From Bacteroidaceae bacterium (lineage in GTDB: Bacteria > Bacteroidota > Bacteroidia > Bacteroidales > Bacteroidaceae), in contig JABUTZ010000002.1 of assembly GCA_021443415.1 (NCBI GenBank), positions 31,534 to 95,533 on the forward strand: a stretch of DNA of 64,000 nucleotides. Direction: 5' to 3'. The position numbers and the translations under genes are program-made. Under the pieces are notes generated by a model. The model saw only the letters and a program-made list of their open reading frames with translations, did not search any database and was not told the origin of the DNA. Numbering within the stretch: the first letter of the stretch is position 1; every line of letters begins with the position of its first letter. Shown one piece after another: positions 29,695 to 39,123 of the stretch.

Positions 29695-29735
29695 GCAGAG
29701 AACAGTTTAGGAACAAGCAAAAAAGAGAAACAAGT

Positions 29736-31097
29736 ATGCAAAAGATAATCATCACAGTAGTCACTGCCGCAATGCTCACAAGCTGCGGCATAATGAAGAA
29801 ATACGAACGTCCGACGGACATCAGTGCCGAGAACCTGTATGGCGACGCACAGATAGGCAACGACACCACGTCGCTTGGCACGGTGAAATGGCGCGAGATG
29901 TTCACCGACTACCGTCTGCAGGCTCTCATCGAGGAGGGACTGCGCAACGCCACGATGCAGACCATCGACCTGCGCATCCACGAGATGGAGGTAGCCCTCA
30001 GCATGGCAAAGATAGCATGGATACCCACCCTGACATTCGCTCCCACGGGAACGGTGCAGAGTTTTGACTGGGCAAGTCCCGCAACGAAAAGCTGGCAGGC
30101 ACCCATCAAGGCACAATGGACACTCGGCAGCTATGGCAGTCTGACCAACCAGCGCCGCAAGGCAGAGGCGAACCTCGAGCAGATACGCATCGGTCGCCAG
30201 CAGGCACAGGCGGGCATCGTGGCAGGTGTGGCAAACCTCTACTACACCCTCTGCATGCTCGACGAGCAGGTGAACATAGCCAACGAGACGGAGGCGACGT
30301 GGAAGGAGATGCTCCGCATCCAGAAGCAGTTGATGGACGCCGGCATGAGCAACGAAGCCGCTGTGGCTCAGTACGAGGCAAACTACGTGTCAGTCAAGAC
30401 ACAGCTGCTGGAACTCACCACCTCGCGCCGCAAGATGGAGAACTCTATGTGCTCGATCCTCGGTCGGACACCGGGACCCATCGAGCGCGCCACGATGAAC
30501 ACATGGCAGGCCCCTCAGGTGCTGGAGACCGGAGTGCCCCTCCTGCTCCTCGCCCGCCGTCCCGATGTGCGCCTCGCCGAGATGGACCTCGCCACCGCCT
30601 ACTATGCCAAGAACGAGGCACGCGCCGCCTTCTTCCCCTCGCTGACGCTCAGTGCCAGCCTCGGATGGAGCAACAACAACGGGACGGTGAACCCCGCAAA
30701 GATATTGTGGAACGCCATCGGTAGTCTGACGCAGCCCATCTTCCAGAGCGGACGACTCATCGCCCAGTACAAGATTTCAAAAGACGAGATGGAGGTGGCT
30801 AAGATCAACTTCCAGCAGGCGCTCATCGATGCCGGCAACGAGGTGAACAGTTGTCTGGCTGACATGCAGGACGCCAACGAGAAGACAAAACTCTACGCCG
30901 AGCAGGTGGCTGCACTTGAGCGTGCTTGCAAGGCAACCGAAGCCCTGTCGCAGAACAGTTCCGGCTACAACTACCTCAATGTGCTCACTGCCCGCAACAG
31001 CCTGTTCTCGGCTCAGATAAGCGAACTCCGCAACCGCTACAACTGCATTCAATACACCATCGCGCTTTACCAGGCACTGGGAGGCGGCGGTGAATAG
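29736..31097 (+). CDS. efflux outer-membrane factor lipoprotein (TolC/NodT family)
   Basis: 453 aa with lipobox MLTSCG and repeated OEP coiled-coil halves. It is the third gene of the RND operon. Confidence 0.9.
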   Translation: MQKIIITVVTAAMLTSCGIMKKYERPTDISAENLYGDAQIGNDTTSLGTVKWREMFTDYRLQALIEEGLRNATMQTIDLRIHEMEVALSMAKIAWIPTLTFAPTGTVQSFDWASPATKSWQAPIKAQWTLGSYGSLTNQRRKAEANLEQIRIGRQQAQAGIVAGVANLYYTLCMLDEQVNIANETEATWKEMLRIQKQLMDAGMSNEAAVAQYEANYVSVKTQLLELTTSRRKMENSMCSILGRTPGPIERATMNTWQAPQVLETGVPLLLLARRPDVRLAEMDLATAYYAKNEARAAFFPSLTLSASLGWSNNNGTVNPAKILWNAIGSLTQPIFQSGRLIAQYKISKDEMEVAKINFQQALIDAGNEVNSCLADMQDANEKTKLYAEQVAALERACKATEALSQNSSGYNYLNVLTARNSLFSAQISELRNRYNCIQYTIALYQALGGGGE

Positions 31098-31133
31098 AGA
31101 ATAGAGTGTAGAGTGTAGAGTGTAGAGAATTGA
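31092..31133. repeat. tandem heptamer array (GTGTAGA, 3 perfect plus 3 degenerate units) between the OMF stop and the next ATG
   Basis: gaataga gaataga gtgtaga gtgtaga gtgtaga gaattga. It uses the same unit as the 26245..26286 array. Confidence 0.85.
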
Positions 31134-31134
31134 G

Positions 31135-31833
31135 ATGTCGTTTAGATTCAAACAATTTTTGATAGAAGACCATCGGTGCGCACAGAAAGTGGGCACCGAT
31201 GGTGTTTTGCTGGGTGCATGGACGGCAGTGAGTGCGGGGGATGTGCTTGATGTGGGAAGCGGGAGCGGACTGGTAACGCTGATGATGGCGCAGAGGATGC
31301 CAGAGGCACGCTTATGGGGCATTGACATCGATGCGGACAGTGTGGAACAGGCTCGGGAGAATGCGGCGGCGAGTCCGTGGGCGGACAGGATTTGCTTCGA
31401 AGAAGGCGACTTCACCTGCTTTGATTTTGGACGGCAGTTTGATGCCATTGTCAGCAATCCACCATTCTTTGAAAAGGCGTTGGAATGTCCCGACAAGCGA
31501 CGGGCGGCGGCACGTCACAGCTCTGCCCTACCCTTGCAGACATTGGCTGAGCGCAGTGGCGAGTTGCTACGCGAAGGAGGTCGGCTGACAGTCATCTTGC
31601 CCTACGAGGCGGCGACGGATTTCATATTTCATTGCCAGACGACAGGGCTGACATTGGAACGGCGATGCGACATAAAGACAGTGGAAAGGAAAGCCGTGCG
31701 ACGCTGTCTGTTGCAATTTGTCAAAGCGCACACTGCCACCTACACGGCAGAGACACTGACACTTCTCGATGCCGACGGCAAAAGGACCGCCGAGCATGAG
31801 AAGTTGACAAAAGATTATTATTTGGACAAGTAA
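31135..31833 (+). CDS. tRNA1(Val) (adenine37-N6)-methyltransferase-like SAM methyltransferase
   Basis: 232 aa with FRFKQF...H.C.QKVGTDGVLLGAW, a GSGSG SAM motif and the NPPFF catalytic motif. Confidence 0.8.
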   Translation: MSFRFKQFLIEDHRCAQKVGTDGVLLGAWTAVSAGDVLDVGSGSGLVTLMMAQRMPEARLWGIDIDADSVEQARENAAASPWADRICFEEGDFTCFDFGRQFDAIVSNPPFFEKALECPDKRRAAARHSSALPLQTLAERSGELLREGGRLTVILPYEAATDFIFHCQTTGLTLERRCDIKTVERKAVRRCLLQFVKAHTATYTAETLTLLDADGKRTAEHEKLTKDYYLDK

Positions 31834-31853
31834 TCCACAGACGCGAGCGCCAA

Positions 31854-34076
31854 TCAGATGCGCTCCACCGACTTGACACCGCGTATGGTCTGGAGACGGC
31901 GGATGAGTTGCGTCAGGCGGCTCGTGTCGTCGAGCAGGACGGTGAGCGTGCCGGCAAAGAGACCATCGTGGGTGTCGATGCTGATGCCACGCATCATCAC
32001 CTTCTCCTCCTTGGAGATGACCGACGTGATGTTGTTGACGATGCCCATGTCGTCGTGACCGACGATGCGCAGGGTGATGGGATAGCTGCTGCCGTCCTTG
32101 CCCGACCAGCGCGCCGGCACGATGCGATAGCCGAAACGCTCGTGGAGCTGGGTGGCGTTGGGGCAGTTCTGACGATGGATCTTCACACCGCCCCCCGTGG
32201 TCACGAAGCCAAAGACAGGGTCGCCATAGATGGGCTGGCAGCATTTGGCGAGCGTGAACTGTATGCCCTTCATGTTCTGGTCGATGGTAAGCACATCGGA
32301 GCGCACACTGCCCGACTCGTCGGAGGGAGAGGGTGCCGTGTGGGACGTAAACGATGATGTGCTCTGGATGGGCGCACGCTCGGCTGTGCCCTCAAGTGTC
32401 TTCTGGCGTTGGATATAATGGTCGATGAAGTCCTGGAGGGCCACCTTCTCCTCGGCAATGGCGAGGTAGAAGTCGGTCACCTTGTGATAGCCCATGCGCG
32501 TCATGACGTGCATGAAGGTCGGTTCGTCGTACTCAATCTTGCGGTTCTTGAACTTGCGCTCGACCAGTTCCTTGGCATACTCCGCCTGGCGCGACTCCGC
32601 CTCCTTGAGCGTCTGGCGAATCTTGTTCTTAGCCTTCGCCGTGGTGACGAACGACAACCAGTCGGCACGCGGTATCTGACCCTCGCGAGTAAGGATCTCG
32701 ACCGTGTCACCACTGTTGAGCGGAGTGCGCAGAGGGATGTTGCGACCACCTATCTTGGCACCCACGCAACGGTCGCCCACCTTGGTATGGATGGCGTAGG
32801 CGAAGTCGAGGACGGTTGCTCCGGCAGGCAGTTTGAATAGGTCGCCCTTGGGTGTGAAGACGAACACCTCGTCCTCCTTGAGGTCGGCGCGGAACTGGTC
32901 CATGAGCGCCATGTCGTCACCCGCCTCGAGAGCCGAGCGAATGCCTGCGAGCCAGTCATCGACACCGCCTTCGCCCTGACCGACACCCTTGTAGCGCCAG
33001 TGGGCGGCAAGACCATGCTCGGCGATGTCGTCCATACGCTCGGTGCGTATCTGCACCTCCACCCACTTCTGTTCGGGACCCAGCACGGTGATGTGCAGGC
33101 TCTCGTAGCCATTGCTCTTGGGTACCGACAACCAGTCACGCATGCGGCGCGGATTGGGCTGGTACATATCGCCGAGAATGCCATAGACGAGCCAGCAGTC
33201 GGAGTACTCCTTCTTCGGTTCGCTGTCCAGTATGACACGAATGGCGAAGAGGTCGTAGATGCCCTCCACATCCACCTTCTGCTTCTTCATCTTCTGCCAG
33301 ATGGAGTGGATGCTCTTGGTGCGCCCCTTGATGTGGAACTTAAGTCCCGCCGCCTCGAGTTTCTCCTGAAGAGGAGTGATGAAGCGCTCGATATAGGCAT
33401 CGCGACTCGCCTTCGTCTCGTTGAGTTTATCCTTGATATGGTAGTAGGCATCGTGCTCCAGATACTTGAGGCTCAGGTCCTCCAGTTCGCGCTTGAGCGT
33501 GTAGAGACCCAACTTGTGAGCCAACGGCGCCCAGAGGTAGGCCGCCTCCGAAGCCACGCGACGCTGCTCCTCGACATGGGGCGTGTCCTTGATCTGGCGC
33601 ATCACATAGACGCGGTTGGCAATCATGATGAGGATGACGCGCATGTCCTGAGCGAAGGAGATGAGCAGAGTGCGGAAGTTCTCGCTCTCCACCGTCGGAG
33701 TCTTCGAGTAGAGTTCAGCCACGCGCTTCAGTCCGGAGAGGATAATCGCCACGTCGTCGCCGAACTGCCGACGCACCTCGTCCTCGGTGATTACACCGCT
33801 TTCGACGCATAGATGGAGCAGACCGCCCAGAAGCGAAGCCCTGGTCACACTGATGTTCTCGCACATCAGACGCGCCGTCTCAAGTACGACAATGACAGGG
33901 TTGAGTCCGAACACATCGTCGTTGAGACGATGCTCCTCCGTCGCCCGACGAATCAATGTGCGCACCTTCTGCGCATCGCCTTCGCGAAGCACAGGAGCCG
34001 CGATGCGTGCCAGACGGGAATAAAGTTCCCTTACCTCCGCACGCTCCGTCTCACTGAAAAATCTTCTCTCCTCCAT
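31854..34076 (-). CDS. bifunctional (p)ppGpp synthetase/hydrolase (RelA/SpoT family)
   Basis: 740 aa with HD, synthetase (YESLHITV...VEVQIRT), TGS and C-terminal ACT-like regions. Confidence 0.95.
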   Translation of the reverse strand: MEERRFFSETERAEVRELYSRLARIAAPVLREGDAQKVRTLIRRATEEHRLNDDVFGLNPVIVVLETARLMCENISVTRASLLGGLLHLCVESGVITEDEVRRQFGDDVAIILSGLKRVAELYSKTPTVESENFRTLLISFAQDMRVILIMIANRVYVMRQIKDTPHVEEQRRVASEAAYLWAPLAHKLGLYTLKRELEDLSLKYLEHDAYYHIKDKLNETKASRDAYIERFITPLQEKLEAAGLKFHIKGRTKSIHSIWQKMKKQKVDVEGIYDLFAIRVILDSEPKKEYSDCWLVYGILGDMYQPNPRRMRDWLSVPKSNGYESLHITVLGPEQKWVEVQIRTERMDDIAEHGLAAHWRYKGVGQGEGGVDDWLAGIRSALEAGDDMALMDQFRADLKEDEVFVFTPKGDLFKLPAGATVLDFAYAIHTKVGDRCVGAKIGGRNIPLRTPLNSGDTVEILTREGQIPRADWLSFVTTAKAKNKIRQTLKEAESRQAEYAKELVERKFKNRKIEYDEPTFMHVMTRMGYHKVTDFYLAIAEEKVALQDFIDHYIQRQKTLEGTAERAPIQSTSSFTSHTAPSPSDESGSVRSDVLTIDQNMKGIQFTLAKCCQPIYGDPVFGFVTTGGGVKIHRQNCPNATQLHERFGYRIVPARWSGKDGSSYPITLRIVGHDDMGIVNNITSVISKEEKVMMRGISIDTHDGLFAGTLTVLLDDTSRLTQLIRRLQTIRGVKSVERI

Positions 34077-34098
34077 ACGTATTTCGCTTTTAGTCGTG

Positions 34099-34106
34099 CA
34101 AATTTA
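34099..34106 (-). promoter_or_regulatory. -7 promoter box TAAATTTG for relA/spoT
   Basis: Exact TAnnTTTG match on the minus strand, 23 nt upstream of the ATG at 34076. Confidence 0.5.
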
Positions 34107-34160
34107 GTGAAAATTTCCGAGGCACGGGCAAACTATGCGGGAGAAAAGGCGGAGGGGAGG

Positions 34161-35117
34161 TCACTTCTTCAGTCCGTCGATGGTGACGAGGCCATTGACG
34201 ATGGCATAGATGGTGAGACCTGCGGGACTGTGAATCTGGAGTTTGCGCGCGATGTTCTTGCGGTGGGTGACCACGGTGTGGGGCGAGATGAAGAGATGGT
34301 CGGCAATCTGCTTGTTGCTCATGCCCTGGACGACAGCCACGATGACCTCCTTCTCGCGCTCGGAGACGGACTCGCGCTCGTCGGTCGGTTCGGCACAGGC
34401 AAAGGCGGAGATGGCGGAGTTGACACGCTCGGAACGGAGCGACTGCTCGAGATGGCGGATGAGCGGCACGAGAATGAGATCCTCGACCTGACGGTGGAGC
34501 GAGAGCCACTCCTCATTATTATATATAAGATAGAGGGCCGACGTAAGGCGCATACTATCGTCGATATCGGCGGGGAGATACTTGATGACCAGTTGCTTCA
34601 ACTCGCGCAGGCTCTTGTCAGCCTCGGCATGCTGGCGCGCGAAATCCTCGATGGAGTATGCCGTGGACGTCTCGCCACTCATCAACCGCTCGACATAAGG
34701 AAAGAGGACACGTTGCTCGTAGCGCATGTGGCGACGAATCTCCTGGGCGTATTCGTCGTAGACACGCAGGATGAGCGAGCCGATGCCGTCGTCGTGACGG
34801 ATGCACGAGGAGAGTTCGTTGCGGACGGAAGGCAGTTGATAGTCAATGAAATAATGGTGGCATGCATCGAGATAGTGAAGCAGCGATGCCACCGAGAGCG
34901 ACTCAAGGTGCATGCTCGTGACACCATTGATGGTCAGATTGACCACGGCGAGAAAGGTTGCCGTATCCACCTTGGCACGCCGGCATGTCTCCTCCACCGT
35001 GCGGTCACCGAAACCCAAGGCGATGCCAAAGGAAGAAAGCGACTGCAGGACATTGTAGTTGTCGCGAATGAGGTCGATCATCTTGTCGGTCGCCTCGTAT
35101 GTCTTTGCCTGTTTCAT
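34161..35117 (-). CDS. LuxR-type HTH regulator with an N-terminal RIC/hemerythrin-like sensor domain
   Basis: The C-terminus EKEVIVAVVQGMSNKQIADHLFISPHTVVTHRKNIARKL is a LuxR/GerE HTH. The N-terminal part has four His-bearing helices (CHHYF..., RRHMRYEQRVLFPYV, RQHAEADKSL, SLHRQVEDLILVPL), as in di-iron RIC/hemerythrin folds. The start was trimmed to 35117 because of the -7 box. Confidence 0.75.
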   Translation of the reverse strand: MKQAKTYEATDKMIDLIRDNYNVLQSLSSFGIALGFGDRTVEETCRRAKVDTATFLAVVNLTINGVTSMHLESLSVASLLHYLDACHHYFIDYQLPSVRNELSSCIRHDDGIGSLILRVYDEYAQEIRRHMRYEQRVLFPYVERLMSGETSTAYSIEDFARQHAEADKSLRELKQLVIKYLPADIDDSMRLTSALYLIYNNEEWLSLHRQVEDLILVPLIRHLEQSLRSERVNSAISAFACAEPTDERESVSEREKEVIVAVVQGMSNKQIADHLFISPHTVVTHRKNIARKLQIHSPAGLTIYAIVNGLVTIDGLKK

Positions 35118-35122
35118 GGGTG

Positions 35123-35130
35123 CAAAGTTA
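35123..35130 (-). promoter_or_regulatory. -7 promoter box TAACTTTG only 6 nt from the regulator ATG
   Basis: Exact match on the minus strand. The G of the box is at 35123 and the A of the ATG at 35117. Confidence 0.5.
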
Positions 35131-35264
35131 GGAAATATTCCGATTGTGAGCAATACCTACATTTAGGCATTTTTGTGTTGGGCAGAAAGATGGTCGCAAG
35201 TCAACATATTGAGTGTCTGTCTGTTTAGCCTATTTAAGGTATTGCGCGGAGAGAAGGCATGCAG

Positions 35265-35272
35265 TACTTTTG
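35265..35272 (+). promoter_or_regulatory. -7 promoter box TACTTTTG for the beta-barrel gene
   Basis: Exact match, 14 nt upstream of the ATG at 35286. Confidence 0.5.
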
Positions 35273-35285
35273 CATCAAAAAAAAT

Positions 35286-36089
35286 ATGCAAAAGACAATG
35301 ACTATGCTCCTGTGCGCAATGACGATGGGGGCGAGCGCACAGACAATCGAGGGCTATGGCGAGGTGGACATCGACCACGGAGCGCACCTATTGGTAGGCA
35401 TCGAGAAAGAGTGGGCGAACGGATGGACTGTGGGCGGTGAGGCGGAATACAACGGAACGATAGACCTGACGCAACTATTTGTGCAGAAGACCTTTGGCGA
35501 ATGGGCAAGTGTGCGCGTGGGCAAGATAACGATGCCCATAGGCATGGCGAACATCTACGACCGACCAACGAAACACTTCACGGTCAGTCTGCCATTGGAG
35601 GAATGTTATGTACTGCCGGAGGAGACCAATCGGATAGGAATGGCGATGGCGGGAGAGAGACGGGGATGGGCGTATGAGGTGCAAGTGCTGGTACGCGACA
35701 GGCAGATGGCTGTTGTGGGGCGAGTGGAGAGGCAAGCGACGGACGAACTGCATCTGGGCATGAGCGGCTATTGCGACGGACAGGTTGTGGTGAGTGCTGA
35801 CGCTGAGTATCAGACGGATAAGTTTGTGGCGAGAGGGATTGCCACCTATTCGGAAGAGAGCAATGCCGCGCACATGGGCATAGAGGCAGGCTACGACATA
35901 CTGCACGGACGAGGCGGGCAGTTGGGTGCTTTTTGCCGTTATGATTGCTTAATCGCAGACAGTAGTACGCACCGCCTAACAGTTGGTATCAACTACCGTC
36001 CCGTGCCGTTTGTCAGCATCAAGGCGGAATACACCCGCGGAAGCGAGTCGCAGTGCGGATGGGGAATCGGCATTGGAGTGACACTATAG
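35286..36089 (+). CDS. small outer-membrane beta-barrel (porin-like) protein
   Basis: Signal peptide MQKTMTMLLCAMTMGASAQ followed by alternating hydrophobic/polar beta-strand patterning with G/Y/A/E-rich strands. No family was recognised. Confidence 0.55.
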   Translation: MQKTMTMLLCAMTMGASAQTIEGYGEVDIDHGAHLLVGIEKEWANGWTVGGEAEYNGTIDLTQLFVQKTFGEWASVRVGKITMPIGMANIYDRPTKHFTVSLPLEECYVLPEETNRIGMAMAGERRGWAYEVQVLVRDRQMAVVGRVERQATDELHLGMSGYCDGQVVVSADAEYQTDKFVARGIATYSEESNAAHMGIEAGYDILHGRGGQLGAFCRYDCLIADSSTHRLTVGINYRPVPFVSIKAEYTRGSESQCGWGIGIGVTL

Positions 36090-36099
36090 AGAAAGGGAA

Positions 36100-36135
36100 C
36101 GCCCCTGACATTCAGGGAGGTGAACGTCAGGGGCG
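36100..36135. terminator. hairpin between the convergent beta-barrel gene and glyA
   Basis: CGCCCCTGAC / GTCAGGGGCG 10-bp stem, followed by a weak T-run (TTCCCTTTCTC) on the minus strand. Confidence 0.5.
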
Positions 36136-36157
36136 AACAAGGGAAAACAAGTTTCGC

Positions 36158-37453
36158 TTACCACGCGAAGAGGGGGTATGACTTCATGAGTTCGTTGACC
36201 TCGGAACGAACGGTGGAGATGGTCTGCTGAGCCTCGGGCTTGTCCATGTCGCCGTCGGCGCAGCTGTCGAGGACACGCTCGATGAGAGCGGCGATGGTCA
36301 CCATGAGATCCTCTTTGGCACCACGAGTGGTGATGGCGGGAGTGCCGAGACGCAGACCGCTGGTCTGAAAGGCGCTGCGGCTGTCGAAGGGCACCATGTT
36401 CTTGTTGGCAGTGATGTCGGCAGCCACGAGAGCCTTCTCAGCCACCTTACCCGTCAGGTTGGGATACTTGGGACGCAGGTCAACGAGCATGGAGTGATTG
36501 TCCGTGCCACCGCTCACGATGTAGAAACCACGCTTCATCATCTCGTCAGCAAGAACGGCCGCGTTCTTCTTCACCTGAAGGGCATACTCCTTGAACTTGG
36601 GACTGAGAGCCTCGCCAAAAGCAACTGCCTTGGCGGCGATGACGTGCTCGAGCGGACCGCCCTGGATGCCAGGGAAGACAGCCGAGTTGAGCAAGGCTGA
36701 CATCTTCTTGATCTCGCCCTTGGGAGTGCACTTGCCCCAAGGATTGTCGAAGTCCTTGCCCATGAGGATGATACCACCGCGCGGACCACGGAGAGTCTTA
36801 TGGGTTGTGGAGGTGACGATGTGGGCGTACTTGACAGGGTTGTCAAGCAGACCGGCGGCGATGAGGCCTGCGGGGTGAGCCATGTCGACCATGAGGATAG
36901 CACCCACGCTGTCGGCAATGGCACGCATGCGCTTGTAGTCCCACTCGCGGCTATAGGCGGAACCGCCGCCGATGATCATCTTCGGACTATGCTCGAGGGC
37001 GAGACGCTCCATCTCGTCGTAATCGACACGTCCGGTCTCCTTGTTGAGGTTGTAGCCGACGGGCTTGTAGATGATGCCCGAGGTGTTGACCAGCGAGCCG
37101 TGGCTGAGGTGGCCACCATGGTCGAGGTTGAGACCCATGAACGTGTCGCCGGGGTTGAGGACGGCGAGGAAGACAGCCGCATTGGCCTGTGCGCCCGAGT
37201 GAGGCTGGACGTTGGCGTACTCGGCTCCGAAGAGTTGGCAGATGCGCTCGATGGCGAGGTTCTCCACCTCGTCGACCACCTGGCAACCGCCATAGTAGCG
37301 CTTAGCGGGATAGCCCTCGGCATACTTGTTGGTGAGCACGCTGCCCATAGCCGACATGACGTCGTCGGACACAAAGTTCTCACTGGCAATCAGTTCGATG
37401 CCCTTCATCTGGCGCTCGCGCTCGCGAGCGATAAGGTCAAAAATTTTATCCAT
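36158..37453 (-). CDS. glyA: serine hydroxymethyltransferase
   Basis: [15 protein letters not shown]...[11 protein letters not shown] and the [15 protein letters not shown]-lysine motif. The start was trimmed to the ATG at 37453. Confidence 0.95.
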   Translation of the reverse strand: MDKIFDLIARERERQMKGIELIASENFVSDDVMSAMGSVLTNKYAEGYPAKRYYGGCQVVDEVENLAIERICQLFGAEYANVQPHSGAQANAAVFLAVLNPGDTFMGLNLDHGGHLSHGSLVNTSGIIYKPVGYNLNKETGRVDYDEMERLALEHSPKMIIGGGSAYSREWDYKRMRAIADSVGAILMVDMAHPAGLIAAGLLDNPVKYAHIVTSTTHKTLRGPRGGIILMGKDFDNPWGKCTPKGEIKKMSALLNSAVFPGIQGGPLEHVIAAKAVAFGEALSPKFKEYALQVKKNAAVLADEMMKRGFYIVSGGTDNHSMLVDLRPKYPNLTGKVAEKALVAADITANKNMVPFDSRSAFQTSGLRLGTPAITTRGAKEDLMVTIAALIERVLDSCADGDMDKPEAQQTISTVRSEVNELMKSYPLFAW

Positions 37454-37531
37454 GATTAGATGCGCCTGCGGCGCGGTTGAAATGTTATTCCTTGTTGAAA
37501 GAGCCTTGCGGCACGTTGAAAATTGCTGCTT

Positions 37532-37574
37532 TTTTTTGCAAACTGTCGTTTGCAACACGGAACCCGAATAGCGA
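37532..37574 (-). promoter_or_regulatory. copy A of a 43-nt conserved element with the 8-4-8 palindrome TTGCAAAC-N4-GTTTGCAA, upstream of glyA
   Basis: 38/43 identical to 39762..39804. On the minus strand it reads ...GTGTTGCAAACGACAGTTTGCAAAAAA, and its AGTTTGCA resembles a degenerate -7 box. Confidence 0.6.
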
Positions 37575-37597
37575 CTGAAAGGGGGGGAGCGGTGAAG

Positions 37598-38053
37598 TTA
37601 CTTCACCGTTACCTCGGCGAGGGTGGTCTCGCGGTTGCAGTAGTCGCAGCGGACAATGCCGAGAGCGGGGTTGAGGACGTGGAAACGCGTGCGCATCGGT
37701 TCGTTGTTGGTGATGCACTTGGGGTTGGGACAGTGGATGGTGTCGATGAGCGTGTCGGGCAGGGTCACCTTCTTCTTCTCGACCACCGAGTAGTCGCGGA
37801 TGATGACGAGCGAGCAGTTGGGAACGGCGACGGCAAGCGTGTTCAGTTCGGAGTCGGAGAAGAACTTGCCGGCAATCTTGATGATGCTCTTGCGTCCCAT
37901 CTTCTGGCTCTTGAGGTTGTAGCCCACGGTGATGCTGTGCGGCATCTGTTCGAGATGGAGCAGACGGACAACATCGAAGAGTTTCTCTGAGGGTATGTGG
38001 TCGATGACCGTGCCATTCTCAATGGCAGCCACCTGGAGTTCTTTGGGTTTCAT
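37598..38053 (-). CDS. pyrI: aspartate carbamoyltransferase regulatory subunit
   Basis: 151 aa with VAAIENGTVIDHIP and the Zn-site cysteines CPNPKC...CDYC. Confidence 0.93.
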   Translation of the reverse strand: MKPKELQVAAIENGTVIDHIPSEKLFDVVRLLHLEQMPHSITVGYNLKSQKMGRKSIIKIAGKFFSDSELNTLAVAVPNCSLVIIRDYSVVEKKKVTLPDTLIDTIHCPNPKCITNNEPMRTRFHVLNPALGIVRCDYCNRETTLAEVTVK

Positions 38054-38089
38054 TGTGTGTGCGCCCCGTGGCGCGTTTAGAGGTGGATA

Positions 38090-39019
38090 TTAAGCTTTTA
38101 TCTCGTCGAGAGTGATACCGAGGGCATCGCAGATAAGTGCCTCGCGGGCATAGAGACCGTTCTTCGCCTGCTGGAAGAAGTAGGCGTAGGGAGTCTCGTC
38201 GATGGCGTAGTCAATCTCGTTGACACGAGGCAGGGGATGGAGGATGCGCATGTTCGGCTTCGCCTTGGCGAGCATGGGCAGCTTGAGCAGGTAGCGATCC
38301 TTGACACGCTCGTACTCCATAAGGTCGGTGAAGCGCTCGCGCTGCACGCGTGTCATATAAAGGATGTCGGCACCCGCAATCACGTCCTCGTCAAACTCCT
38401 TGTGCTCGACGTAGCGAATATTGTTGTCGCGGCAATATGACTTCCACACCTCGGGCATCGCCAGCTCGTCGGGAGCGATGAAATGGAACGTGGGGTTGAA
38501 GTGGCGCATGGCGGTGAGCAGGGAGTGGACGGTGCGTCCGTACTTGAGGTCGCCCACGAGATAGATGTCCAGGTTCTCGAGCGTGCCCTGCGTCTTGTAG
38601 ATGCTGTATAGGTCGAGCATGGTCTGGCTGGGATGCTGGTTGGCACCGTCGCCGGCGTTGAGGATGGGGACGGGAGCTATCTCGCTGGCATAGCGGGCGG
38701 CACCCTCGAGGTAGTGGCGCATGACGATGATGTCGGCATAGTTGCTCACCATCATGATGGTGTCCTTGAGTGTCTCGCCCTTGGTGGAACTGGTCACCTT
38801 GGGGTCGCTGAAGCCAATCACCTTGGCTCCGAGGCGGTTGGCGGCAGTCTCGAAACTGAGGCGTGTGCGCGTGGAGGGTTCGAAGAACAGTGTAGCCACT
38901 ATCTTGCCGTCGAGGAGGTGGCGGTTGGGCTGGCGCTCGAACTCCGCCGCCATCTGGAGCAGATAGACGAGTTTCTCCTTTGTGTAGTCAACAAGAGAGA
39001 CCAAACTGCGGTTTTCCAT
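38090..39019 (-). CDS. pyrB: aspartate carbamoyltransferase catalytic subunit
   Basis: 309 aa with STRTRLSFE and HPLPR motifs. Confidence 0.95.
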   Translation of the reverse strand: MENRSLVSLVDYTKEKLVYLLQMAAEFERQPNRHLLDGKIVATLFFEPSTRTRLSFETAANRLGAKVIGFSDPKVTSSTKGETLKDTIMMVSNYADIIVMRHYLEGAARYASEIAPVPILNAGDGANQHPSQTMLDLYSIYKTQGTLENLDIYLVGDLKYGRTVHSLLTAMRHFNPTFHFIAPDELAMPEVWKSYCRDNNIRYVEHKEFDEDVIAGADILYMTRVQRERFTDLMEYERVKDRYLLKLPMLAKAKPNMRILHPLPRVNEIDYAIDETPYAYFFQQAKNGLYAREALICDALGITLDEIKA

Positions 39020-39057
39020 TTGTGGAGGGTTTGGGGGTTATTGGGTTGGGGGTAATT
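39020..39057 (-). promoter_or_regulatory. G-free CA-rich 5' leader of pyrB containing CAATAACCCCCAAACCC
   Basis: The minus strand reads AATTACCCCCAACCCAATAACCCCCAAACCCTCCACAA-ATG, with no G in the 38 nt. Confidence 0.5.
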
Positions 39058-39088
39058 CGGTTATTGCAGTTGTAAGGATTCGCAAGTA

Positions 39089-39096
39089 CAAAGTTA
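39089..39096 (-). promoter_or_regulatory. -7 promoter box TAACTTTG for pyrBI
   Basis: Exact match on the minus strand, 70 nt upstream of the pyrB ATG. Confidence 0.5.
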
Positions 39097-39123
39097 CTGA
39101 ATTATTGCGAAAGGGCGAAAAAA

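Noticed and set aside
36158-37558. N-terminal extensions in the track for glyA. The same issue affects 131..2899, 17443..19152, 24805..26244, 34161..35153, 39938..42082, 46928..49684, 52236..53714 and 53476..55968.
   Set aside because: The extensions run through promoter boxes, terminators or neighbouring genes, and they lack homology-like sequence. Internal ATGs give canonical N-termini or signal peptides.
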